Source: Candidatus Hadarchaeum sp.
Lineage (GTDB): Archaea > Hadarchaeota > Hadarchaeia > Hadarchaeales > Hadarchaeaceae
DNA length: 64,000 bases
Direction of reading: 5' to 3'
NCBI RefSeq assembly: GCF_049969415.1
Contig: NZ_JBMFOX010000002.1
Span: forward strand, 32,001 to 96,000
Shown here: piece by piece, positions 31,228 through 39,800 of the stretch
Position numbering within the stretch: position 1 is the first letter of the stretch
Layout of the letters: every line of letters starts with the position of its first letter
Notes under the pieces: model-generated
Databases searched by the model: none
What the model saw: only the letters and a program-made list of their open reading frames with translations
What the model was told of the DNA's origin: nothing
Made by a program: the position numbers and the translations under genes

Positions 31228-31576
31228 ACACCCCCTCCTCAACACGGCGAATGATAAGGTTTAAATTTTGCCCGCTGTAGACCGGCCCGCTAACCGGAAT
31301 GCCTACGGGAAAACTCTTTGCAACACCGCCGATTTTAATCGATACTGCGTTGTCAGAGAAGCTGAGTTCACAGCCAGCCGGAACGAAGATCTGGATATAT
31401 TCAATCGACCCCACGTCCTGAGCCGCCATGGCTTGGATTCTTTCAGCTAGGAGTTGGGCTCGGTACTCAAATTCCCTCTCCGCAGCCCCTTGCTGGTAGC
31501 TGAAATACATGGTGAAGCCAATGCCAATGAAAACGGCAGCGAGAACGGCCATGGCTAGGTAGTCTAGGGCCTCCAT
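31211..31576 (-). CDS. Hypothetical small pilin-like membrane-anchored protein
   Basis: N-terminal hydrophobic helix, amphipathic helix, short beta domain; architecture like 49752-50114. Confidence 0.55.
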   Translation of the reverse strand: MEALDYLAMAVLAAVFIGIGFTMYFSYQQGAAEREFEYRAQLLAERIQAMAAQDVGSIEYIQIFVPAGCELSFSDNAVSIKIGGVAKSFPVGIPVSGPVYSGQNLNLIIRRVEEGVYVGKT

Positions 31577-31805
31577 GCGATCAAAGTTAATCTCGTCAAA
31601 TGTTCTAAAAGGGTTAATGTGATTTCCAATTTTGTCGGCCATTCGGTTTGGTGAAGTTTGGCCAAGACCTAATGAAGCTGTGAAATCATCTTAACTCTAG
31701 GCGAGATGGACCCAGCATGTTGAAAAATAATGTGTAAGAAGAGTTTAGTTCGCCCGACCAGAAATAAAAATAAGATTCAAGAGCTTACTCAAAATTGTGG
31801 TTGGG

Positions 31806-32330
31806 ATGGAAGCCATTGAGGCCATTCGGTTGCGGAGGTCGATCAGGTCGTATGAAAGGAGACCGGTCCCGAGGGATAAAATTGAAAAAATTCTAGAGGC
31901 CGCCCGTTTAGCACCTTCAGCGAAGAATGTTCAGCCTTGGTACTTCGTTGTGGTAACCGATGACGAGAAGAGGGAGAAGATCGCTAAAAGCGGCAGGTTC
32001 GCCGGCTTTATCAAGGAGGCCCCGGTTGTGATTGTGGGCTGCGGTGATACCAAGGCCTCGCCAAAGTGGCACGTGGTCGACGTTTCCATCGCGATGCAGA
32101 ATATGGTCATCGCGGCCACGGCGGAGGGATTAGGGACCTGCTGGGTGGGCAGTTTTGACGAGCTTTTGGTTAAGGATATTTTGAAAATCCCGGAACACTA
32201 CAAGGTGGTTGCCCTTCTGGCGTTGGGTTATCCTCGCAAAAAATTTGACTTGACGGCAAAGCTGCTCCACTTCACCCGCAGAAAGAAGCATTTAGATCAG
32301 ATTGCAGGATTCGAGGAGTTCCAAGGCTGA
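31806..32330 (+). CDS. Nitroreductase-family protein
   Basis: RRSIRSY, APSAKNVQPW, AMQNM.IAA..EGLGTCWVG, LGYP. Confidence 0.92.
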   Translation: MEAIEAIRLRRSIRSYERRPVPRDKIEKILEAARLAPSAKNVQPWYFVVVTDDEKREKIAKSGRFAGFIKEAPVVIVGCGDTKASPKWHVVDVSIAMQNMVIAATAEGLGTCWVGSFDELLVKDILKIPEHYKVVALLALGYPRKKFDLTAKLLHFTRRKKHLDQIAGFEEFQG

Positions 32331-32343
32331 TTTAAGAATATAA

Positions 32344-33942
32344 TTAACCGCTCGGGCCGCTTGGTGGATTGTCGTTATCTTCATCGGCCCAGGCGTACTT
32401 TCGCTGTAACGTCTTGGGATAGTATTTCCTCCAGTCGTATCCAACCTTCTTGGCCCAGCTAACGAAGGCCCGGGGATCGATGTAGCTCTTGAGCGAGGTC
32501 CCGAGATTGTAATCTTTGGTGGCGGTCGCGAGCTCCACCTTCAGCTTGGCTTCCTTTATCTTTTCTTTTAGTTTTTTTATCTGTTTTTCACGCGCAGCCG
32601 TTTTCGGTTTTTTCATGACTTCTTCCAGTTTGGTTTCAAGCGTCCTTACCCTCTCCTTCTTTTTTTCTAGCGAGGTCTCCCAGTTTTTCGGAAGCTTCCT
32701 CTTGTGGTTGCAGGTGATTGCCGCTTCGAGGTTGGCCAAGGTGGCCACATATTTCTTTTTGAATTCAGGGTCCTCGGGTTTCACCTTGCTCTTGTTAAGA
32801 CACTCCCGGACCACCTTGGTGGCATGGTAGGTTCGGAAAACCTTGGCCGTCAACCATGGGGCCACCTCGCCCAGAAAATCATTTACCATCTCCGAGCGGA
32901 TGCCGTCGAAGATTGGTTCGTCGGGTCCCTTGATAAATGACTTCAGGTTTCTGATGACGACGGGCGGGGGCTTGATGCTTTTGGTCCACCTCACGGCGTC
33001 CTTCCCCAAAAAATCGAATTTCACCGTGTTCGAGTCCTCGAATTGAACGTGACAGCCCCGCAGGGTTGTGGCGCCCACAGTGTCGGCCTCATCCTCATCC
33101 TTTTCATCACCCACTCTCATCTTCAGCGTATCGATAAGATAGGCAACGGTAGCTATTTTGCGGCGCATGATATCTTCCGATTCCAGATTTTCGTTTATGT
33201 GCTTCCGGACCTTGTCGATGCTTTTTTCCAGTTCATTGGCCTTGTCGAACTTGTCCTTCTCCCGCTCCTGTTTGAAAAAGGCGCTGTCAGCCACCCAGAC
33301 GTATTTCAGTTCGCCGGTCAGCTTGTCTCTCCACTTGGCAATCCAGAGCGACTCGGGTTCGAAGACCCTGCCCCCCCAGCTATGCTCGGGAGGAGTTTCT
33401 GGCGTTGGTGCGTCATCTGAGAGATTAAGGATGATATCTTCATAAGTTACCCTTGGTTTCCACCTGCCGCGTAGCGGGTGCAATCCCCGCCCCACGAAGA
33501 TGCAAGGAGGCTCCACGGTATAGTTGGCGATTTCCACTAGTTGGCCGTTTACTTCGGCGTATCCATACTTTTGTTTGTTTTCCTCCTTGGCTTTCTTCCT
33601 CGCTTCGGCGAGCTTCTTTTTTTCCTCGCGGCTCATGCTTTCTTTTTTTGCCTTTTCGCTTTCGGCCCAGCGGATAATCTCAGAGAAGTCGAACTCCTCA
33701 ATAGGAACGGGATCTTTGAAGCCAAGGGCCTTTGAGAAATCTTCGCCGAAGTTTTTCACAAAAACCGGGTCCTTAACGTAATCAGTTCCCAGCTTTTTGA
33801 CCCAGGCCACGGCCATCTCTTCCTGTTCTGGGGTCAGCTTTATTGTTTTTCCCCTCCACCTAATGGAGAACCCCTTTGGCTCGTAGCTGGGGATGATGAC
33901 TCCGTTGTGCCGCAGCCTTTCTATTTTGAACTCCGGCGCCAT
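32344..33942 (-). CDS. DNA topoisomerase IB (eukaryote-like)
   Basis: LRHNGV, EPPCIFVGRGLHP.RG, MRVGDEK, DTVGATTL, FDFLGKD, AKVFRTY, CNH and catalytic TSLKSYIDPR. Confidence 0.94.
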   Translation of the reverse strand: MAPEFKIERLRHNGVIIPSYEPKGFSIRWRGKTIKLTPEQEEMAVAWVKKLGTDYVKDPVFVKNFGEDFSKALGFKDPVPIEEFDFSEIIRWAESEKAKKESMSREEKKKLAEARKKAKEENKQKYGYAEVNGQLVEIANYTVEPPCIFVGRGLHPLRGRWKPRVTYEDIILNLSDDAPTPETPPEHSWGGRVFEPESLWIAKWRDKLTGELKYVWVADSAFFKQEREKDKFDKANELEKSIDKVRKHINENLESEDIMRRKIATVAYLIDTLKMRVGDEKDEDEADTVGATTLRGCHVQFEDSNTVKFDFLGKDAVRWTKSIKPPPVVIRNLKSFIKGPDEPIFDGIRSEMVNDFLGEVAPWLTAKVFRTYHATKVVRECLNKSKVKPEDPEFKKKYVATLANLEAAITCNHKRKLPKNWETSLEKKKERVRTLETKLEEVMKKPKTAAREKQIKKLKEKIKEAKLKVELATATKDYNLGTSLKSYIDPRAFVSWAKKVGYDWRKYYPKTLQRKYAWADEDNDNPPSGPSG

Positions 33943-34064
33943 ATTATCAACTTATCTTAAACTAATCTTGAGGTATAAAAAACTGATTTCGGAATTTGCG
34001 GTTTTAGATTTCGTTACCAACACGCTATTTATAGTGGGAGACCATAAAGAAATCAGGCATATAT

Positions 34065-34523
34065 ATGGAACCAGCGACTGAAAGTGCTTCGGCACAAACG
34101 GTTAAGGTAAAAGATCTCACGCCGCAGTCAAGGCGAGTGAACCTCGTGGTTAAGGTGATTGGCGTGGGAGAGCCCAAGGAAATACCGGGCAGATTCGGTG
34201 GAGAACCAAAAAAGGTAGCCGACGCTCAGGTCGGGGACGAGACGGGCACGATCCTGCTCTCGCTTTGGCAGGAGCAGATCGGGTCGGTATGTGAAGGGGA
34301 TGTTTTGTCGATAGAAAATGGCTACGTATCTCTGGTGCAGGGCCACATGCGCCTGAACATAGGCAAATACGGAAAGATGACGAAGACGGATCAGGAGATG
34401 AAAGAGGTTAACACTGAAGTGGACCTCAGTGCCGCGGAGCACCCACGAGAAAGCAGACCGTTTAGACCGAGGCGCGGCGGTTATCAAAGCCGCGGACGTT
34501 ACGGCGGTAGCCGGAGATTCTGA
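34065..34523 (+). CDS. Single-OB-fold single-stranded DNA-binding protein with R/G-rich tail
   Basis: VGDETGTILLSLW, IENGYV, LNIGKYG; tail RPRRGGYQSRGRYGGSRRF. Confidence 0.85.
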   Translation: MEPATESASAQTVKVKDLTPQSRRVNLVVKVIGVGEPKEIPGRFGGEPKKVADAQVGDETGTILLSLWQEQIGSVCEGDVLSIENGYVSLVQGHMRLNIGKYGKMTKTDQEMKEVNTEVDLSAAEHPRESRPFRPRRGGYQSRGRYGGSRRF

Positions 34524-34571
34524 GCACTTTAAAGGAGAACCTCACCTATCGGGCTTTTAGCAGGTAGGCTT

Positions 34572-34988
34572 TCAGAAGACCTCAACTCTGCCGTCACCGC
34601 TGACGAAGATGATAAAGTCCTTAAGGGCCTTTCTGCGTCTGAGGCCAGATGTCCCGAGGACCTTGGTTATCAGCCTTACGATTTCGGAGTAATCGTGAGA
34701 TATCTTAATTTTCTTTACATCAGCTTCGTGAAAAACTTTTTCTGAAATTTCGTACACGTTGGAACCAGCCTTGGCTTCTATTTTTATGGGCCAGTCTATC
34801 ATCTCAATTAACTTCAGCGTGTTTTTGGATTTCCTAATGTTCTCCTCGGCGGTTTTGGCTATTGAGCTAACGTTGGCCCGGGTTGTGTGCAGTTCTCGGG
34901 CGATCTCGCTGAGGCTTTTACCGGCTATCCTCATCTTGAGAATTTCAAACTGTTTTTTGGTCAGGTGGGTTTTTTCTAGGTCAATCAT
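34572..34988 (-). CDS. Tfx-family DNA-binding protein
   Basis: LTKKQFEILKMR, EIARELHTTRANVS..AEENIRKSKNTL. Confidence 0.85.
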   Translation of the reverse strand: MIDLEKTHLTKKQFEILKMRIAGKSLSEIARELHTTRANVSSIAKTAEENIRKSKNTLKLIEMIDWPIKIEAKAGSNVYEISEKVFHEADVKKIKISHDYSEIVRLITKVLGTSGLRRRKALKDFIIFVSGDGRVEVF

Positions 34989-35080
34989 CTCGAACTCTCA
35001 CGTTTTCTTTGGTTTTGCTTTTTTAATGTTTTACTTAACCGCCGCACTTGTTTTTAATAAGCCGCGTTAGAATCAATATC

Positions 35081-35653
35081 GTGATCGGTGCGGTTATCTT
35101 GGGTGCGGGTGAATCGAGGCGGATGGGGACCCAGAAGCTGTTAATCGAGATAAGGGAAAAACCAATGCTGGGATGGGTGGTAAGCTCCTTTCAGCAGGCA
35201 GTGGATGATATCGTGGTCGTCTTAGGACACAGGCCGGAAGTTCTTATCCCGCTTCTTAGGCAGCTGGGCGTTAAGTGGACGATTAATGTCAATTATCGGG
35301 ATGGAATGATCACTTCGATTAAGGAAGGCCTGAAAATGCTGAAGGAATGCGATGCCGTTTTCGTGGCCCTGGGCGATCAGCCGTTGGTCGATGTTGACTT
35401 TCTGAAGAAGGCGATAGAAACTTGGAGAAAGGGGGCCAGAATAGTTTGTCCCATTGTCCGTGGTAAAAAGGGTCACCCCGTGTTATTCGATAAGAGTTTG
35501 TTTGACGAGATTTTGGCGCTGAGCAAAGACCAGTTCCTTAGGGACGTGATCCATAGGCACAAGGATGAGCTGAAGACTATAGAAGCGGAGGAGTGGGCAA
35601 TCACCGATATTGACACGCCGGAGGGCCTTGAGGCCTTTAAAAGGAAATTTTAA
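35081..35653 (+). CDS. MocA/MobA-like nucleotidyltransferase (probable Moco cytidylyltransferase)
   Basis: LGAGESRRMG..KLL, GMITS, LGDQP, GHPVLF, DIDTPE; adjacent to xdhC. Confidence 0.82.
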   Translation: MIGAVILGAGESRRMGTQKLLIEIREKPMLGWVVSSFQQAVDDIVVVLGHRPEVLIPLLRQLGVKWTINVNYRDGMITSIKEGLKMLKECDAVFVALGDQPLVDVDFLKKAIETWRKGARIVCPIVRGKKGHPVLFDKSLFDEILALSKDQFLRDVIHRHKDELKTIEAEEWAITDIDTPEGLEAFKRKF

Positions 35654-36431
35654 GACTGTTTCCGGTGGCGCCGGGCTTTCTGCGTTCCTTTATTATCTCA
35701 GCCATGATGCTGACGGCGATTTCCTCAGGAGTTTCAGCGCCTATGTCTAACCCGACCGGAGTATGTACCGTTTTAACTTTATCCTCGGCAAAACCCTCTT
35801 CGATTAATTTTTTCAGAGTCACCGCTGCCTTTCTCTTGCTTCCGACCATCCCGATGTAAGTCGCGTTGGAGTTAATCACTGCCTTTAGGGCGTCCTCATC
35901 GTATTTGTGACCAGTAGCGATGACAACGTAAGTTTGTCTCGTAATCTCGACCATTTTCACACCGTTTTCCACAGGTTCTGGGATGACCTTAACGTATTCC
36001 GGTAAGTTTTCCTTTTTCACAGCCGGGTCGATAACGGTAACCTCAAAACCGATATCGTGGCCAAGCTTGGCTAGCTGGGCGCCGATGTTACCGCCGCCGA
36101 TTATCAACAGCTTGGGTCTCGGGTTAATGACCTCGATATAGACTTCAGCCATTCCGCCGCATTTCATCCCGATGCCACCTAGTTCCTCCTCCTTCAGGGC
36201 TACGGTGAATGTTTTCGGCTTGCCCTCCTTTAGAGCCTCGAGGGCCTCGGCCACCGCACCCGCCTCCACGCAGTCCCCGCCGATGGTCCCAAATGTTTTG
36301 CCGTCTGGTAGGACGATCATCCTCGCCCCGGCCTTTCTGGGCGTGGAGCCCTCGGTCTTAACTATAGTCACTACTGCGAAGGTCTCGCCTTTTTCCAAAA
36401 GTTCGTTGATTTTTCTATAAATCTCGTGCAT
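35637..36431 (-). CDS. XdhC/CoxF-family molybdoenzyme maturation factor
   Basis: GSTPRKAGA, GTIGG.CVE, CGG, YIGMVGS, PVGLDIGAETPEEIAVSI. Confidence 0.92.
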   Translation of the reverse strand: MHEIYRKINELLEKGETFAVVTIVKTEGSTPRKAGARMIVLPDGKTFGTIGGDCVEAGAVAEALEALKEGKPKTFTVALKEEELGGIGMKCGGMAEVYIEVINPRPKLLIIGGGNIGAQLAKLGHDIGFEVTVIDPAVKKENLPEYVKVIPEPVENGVKMVEITRQTYVVIATGHKYDEDALKAVINSNATYIGMVGSKRKAAVTLKKLIEEGFAEDKVKTVHTPVGLDIGAETPEEIAVSIMAEIIKERRKPGATGNSLKISF

Positions 36432-36482
36432 AGTGGCAAATTTAGTTTCTTAACGGGCTATTTAATCATTTGCCGTTTAAAT

Positions 36483-37013
36483 CTAGATTTTTCTTTTGGT
36501 TGCTCCTCGCATGTACCCACCGTGTAGGGCGTGAACGTCCATGATGGTGTAGAATGCCTTTTTGTCGTTGGCTTCGAGGGTTTTTAAGAAGCGGTGGGTA
36601 TCCCTTCTTCTCAACACGATGTTATAAACGAATTCCGTTCCCTTCAGCCCTTCTCCCTCTATCACCGTCACCCCGAATCCGTGTTTCCTGAGAACGTCGG
36701 CAAGCTTGGTCCTTTTTTGGCTTGGGACAACGTAGGCAAAGCAGTAGCCCATTGCAATTTTCTCCTCCAGATAACTGCCGAGGTAATTTCCCGAGGCAAA
36801 GCCTAAGGCAAATGCGACGATGTAATACCATCGGTCCAGCTGGGTTATTACCCGGCTCACGGCCAGCACCCAGACCATTATCTCAAAGAAGGCTGAGAAG
36901 GCCGCTATGCCTCTTCTCCCCCTGATTAGAAGGATGGTGCGAAGGGTTCCCATTGAGACATCGGTCAGCCTGGCAAAGAAAATCAGCAGTGTCCACAGAA
37001 TTGCCTCTTCCAT
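36483..37013 (-). CDS. UPF0316/DUF2179-type membrane protein
   Basis: ARLTDVSMGTLR, FFEIMVW, GFASGNYLG, LRKHGFGVT..GEG. Confidence 0.82.
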   Translation of the reverse strand: MEEAILWTLLIFFARLTDVSMGTLRTILLIRGRRGIAAFSAFFEIMVWVLAVSRVITQLDRWYYIVAFALGFASGNYLGSYLEEKIAMGYCFAYVVPSQKRTKLADVLRKHGFGVTVIEGEGLKGTEFVYNIVLRRRDTHRFLKTLEANDKKAFYTIMDVHALHGGYMRGATKRKI

Positions 37014-37038
37014 GATTTCACCAACTGTTCAGTTAGTT

Positions 37039-38127
37039 TTAATACCTAATGGCGCGCGTGGGGCAAACTGACACACAGAGGCCGCATTGGTAGCACCTAG
37101 CTGCGTCGACCTTTGCCACCTTACCGATAACCTTGATGGCGTTGTAGGGGCAGTGCCTCTCACAGAGCCCGCAGGCGGTGCATTTTGAGTTAATGACTTC
37201 GACTGGTTTCGGTGTCACGCGCAGAGGCTGCTCCGGGAGATGCCGCAGCGCTATGCCCTTGATGTCGTTTATGGTGTTGTAGCCCTTTGCCCTCATGAAC
37301 TTGGCCATTTCATCGGCAATTATGCCGTAGATTTTATGCCCTCGAATAATCGCGGCGGTGCAGAGCTGCACCGCGGAGGCCCCGACCATGATGAACTCGA
37401 TGGCATCCCTCCCGGAGGTAATTCCTCCAACACCGATTACCGGTATCTTGACCGCACGAGCTATGTCGGCCACGCATCGCACGGCCAGAGGCTTTATGGC
37501 CTGGCCTGAGAGCCAACCGTAACCATGGGGGCTCCCCAGCATAGGCATGGCGTTTTCTATTTCTATGGCGAGGCATGGGCCCAAAGTGTTGATCGCGACA
37601 ATGGCGTCCGCCCCTGCTTTTTCCGCCGCTTTGGCAAACTGACCGATGTCGAGAACATTCGGGCTGAGTTTGACGAAGACAGGTATGTTGACCACTTCCT
37701 TGGCAGACTTTACGGCCTCCGCGACTGGCGCCGGGTCGTTGCCGAGATAGTGGGTGGAAAGTTCCAGTGCGTCGACACCTGCCGCCGCTACCTTGGGCGC
37801 GAGTTCTCTGATTTCCTCGGGCTTGTAACCAATGCTTGCGATTAACGGCACGCCTGCCTGCTTGGCCTTTTTGTATTCCACCTTCAACCACTGTTCCAAC
37901 GGTAAATCAGACCAGAGTTCAGCGTTTAGTATGCTGTCCTTTATCTTCACAATACAGGGACGAGGCACTTGGGCCGGGGTGAGGCTCACGGTTTTGGCTA
38001 CGAGTCCGCCGGCTCCTCCCTCCACGGCCAAGAGCATGCTGTTAGCATCGCGCACAGTGGGACCGGCGGCGGGCATTATCGGGTTCTTGAATTTCAACCC
38101 GCAGATTTCAACGGAGAGATCCACCAT
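37039..38127 (-). CDS. Dihydroorotate/dihydropyrimidine dehydrogenase-like FMN protein with C-terminal 2x[4Fe-4S] domain
   Basis: AKTVS, PVFVKLSPN, AINT, WLSGQAIKP, GVGGI; CTACGLC..HCP and CYQCGLCVSVCP. Confidence 0.85.
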   Translation of the reverse strand: MVDLSVEICGLKFKNPIMPAAGPTVRDANSMLLAVEGGAGGLVAKTVSLTPAQVPRPCIVKIKDSILNAELWSDLPLEQWLKVEYKKAKQAGVPLIASIGYKPEEIRELAPKVAAAGVDALELSTHYLGNDPAPVAEAVKSAKEVVNIPVFVKLSPNVLDIGQFAKAAEKAGADAIVAINTLGPCLAIEIENAMPMLGSPHGYGWLSGQAIKPLAVRCVADIARAVKIPVIGVGGITSGRDAIEFIMVGASAVQLCTAAIIRGHKIYGIIADEMAKFMRAKGYNTINDIKGIALRHLPEQPLRVTPKPVEVINSKCTACGLCERHCPYNAIKVIGKVAKVDAARCYQCGLCVSVCPTRAIRY

Positions 38128-38131
38128 CTTC

Positions 38132-39478
38132 TCACCTCTTTTTTATTGCTCCTAACTTCTGCCAGAGTTTCTCGGCAGATTTTCGAGAAATCTTGATTAC
38201 CTCCTCCTCTTCCATCGATAGCATCTTCCGGTCACGCATAAGTATGTTTCCTCCCACGATTACGGTTTCGACGTCTTTACCGCAGACGGTGTTGACCAGA
38301 TGTCCGACCACGCTTTCCGGTACTATTGGTGTCGGTGCTCTTTTTGGGTTGATAATGATGATGTCAGCCAGCTTTCCGGGTTCAATCGAGCCGAGTTCAT
38401 TTTCGAGACCGTAAAGTTCTGCACCTTTGATGGTCGCCATCTCCAGCGCCTCCATGGCTGAGACCACCCGAGGGTCCCTGAGCCCAATCTTGTGCAGCAG
38501 GAAAGCCGCCCGGATATTTTCAAAGCCGTCGAAGATATAGCCGTCGTTTCCCAGCCCAACGGGAATTCCCATCGACAGCATCTTGACCACCGGCGCCACA
38601 CCGACTGCGTTCAACATGTTGCTCATTGGGTTGTGGGCTACCTTGGCTCCGGTCTTCTTGATGATGGCCAGTTCGTCATCGTTGACGTGCACGCAGTGAG
38701 CCAGCACGGCATCGGGTCCGAGAACCTCGGCGTCCCGGAGCCGTTCGATGGTTCGCTTGCCGTAGCGTTCATAGTTGTGGTATAGGTCACATAGTCCCTC
38801 TGAGGTATGGACGGTCAGCGGAACCTTGTAGCGGCTGGCCAGCTCCCGGACATATCTGAAAAGCTCGTCGGACACGGTGAAGGAGGCATGAATGCTGAAC
38901 ATCCCATGAACCCGATGCTTCCTCTCCTTCTTCACCTTCAGGATGAAGCGCTCATTTTCCTTGATTCCCCTTGCCCCTTCGGTGTGGGTGTGTCTTTCGG
39001 TGGCTTCAAAGGAGATTATGCCCCGCATCCCGGACTCCTCCACGGCCGCCGCAATCCTGTCGAGAACTCCTGAGAGAGCGTTGGGCCCCGAGAAGGTGTC
39101 AGCGAACAGCGTGGTCCCCGTCTTTATGAACTCAAGACATGAGATCAGGGCGCTGGCGTAGGCGTCATCCTTGGTCATGGCTTCATCCATGGGCCACCAG
39201 ACCCGCTGAAGAATCTGGGAAAAGTCGGTTGGCGGTTCTATCTTGAGAGGGGCAGCCCGGAGCAGCATCCCGTAAAGATGCGTGTGCGAGCAAATGAGCC
39301 CTGGCATGACGATTTTTCCCTTGGCATCTATTACCTCCTCAGATTTACTTTTTCCAGCAAATCCCTTTTTGACGGACACGATGCGCCCCTCATCAATGGC
39401 TACGGAGCCATCGGCAATGATTCGACGATCTTTATCCATGGTCACAATGAGACCATTTTTTATCAAAAGTTCGACCAT
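38132..39478 (-). CDS. SsnA-like metal-dependent amidohydrolase
   Basis: PGLICSHTHLY, IHASFTVSD, VHTSEG, LAHCVH, HNPMSNM.NAVG, LGNDG. Confidence 0.85.
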   Translation of the reverse strand: MVELLIKNGLIVTMDKDRRIIADGSVAIDEGRIVSVKKGFAGKSKSEEVIDAKGKIVMPGLICSHTHLYGMLLRAAPLKIEPPTDFSQILQRVWWPMDEAMTKDDAYASALISCLEFIKTGTTLFADTFSGPNALSGVLDRIAAAVEESGMRGIISFEATERHTHTEGARGIKENERFILKVKKERKHRVHGMFSIHASFTVSDELFRYVRELASRYKVPLTVHTSEGLCDLYHNYERYGKRTIERLRDAEVLGPDAVLAHCVHVNDDELAIIKKTGAKVAHNPMSNMLNAVGVAPVVKMLSMGIPVGLGNDGYIFDGFENIRAAFLLHKIGLRDPRVVSAMEALEMATIKGAELYGLENELGSIEPGKLADIIIINPKRAPTPIVPESVVGHLVNTVCGKDVETVIVGGNILMRDRKMLSMEEEEVIKISRKSAEKLWQKLGAIKKR

Positions 39479-39572
39479 TCAACCCCTTTAGTGAAATGGT
39501 TGTGGTAGGTTTAAACCTTAATGAGCGAACAACAGGCTAAAATATCGGGATGTTTCACTAACATAAGAGAAA

Positions 39573-39785
39573 ATGCCGGAGTTTTTGCAAGCCACCATGG
39601 TCAAGTTGATAAAGAAAGCCGCCAAGGTCCGCGTCTCGCGCGACGCCGCGCTAGAGTTGAGCATCTTGATTGAGGATTATGCGCTGCGGGTGGCCACAGA
39701 GGCACTGAAGCTCAGGGACCATCGAGGTGCCAAGACCTTAAGCAAAGAGGATATAAAAGCGGCCGCGACTGCCATAACGAGATAG
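39573..39785 (+). CDS. Archaeal histone (HMf-like), divergent
   Basis: 70 aa; KLIKKAAKVRVSRDAA...EALKLRDHRGAKTLSKEDI histone-fold pattern. Confidence 0.85.
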   Translation: MPEFLQATMVKLIKKAAKVRVSRDAALELSILIEDYALRVATEALKLRDHRGAKTLSKEDIKAAATAITR

Positions 39786-39800
39786 ACTTTGGGTGATTTT

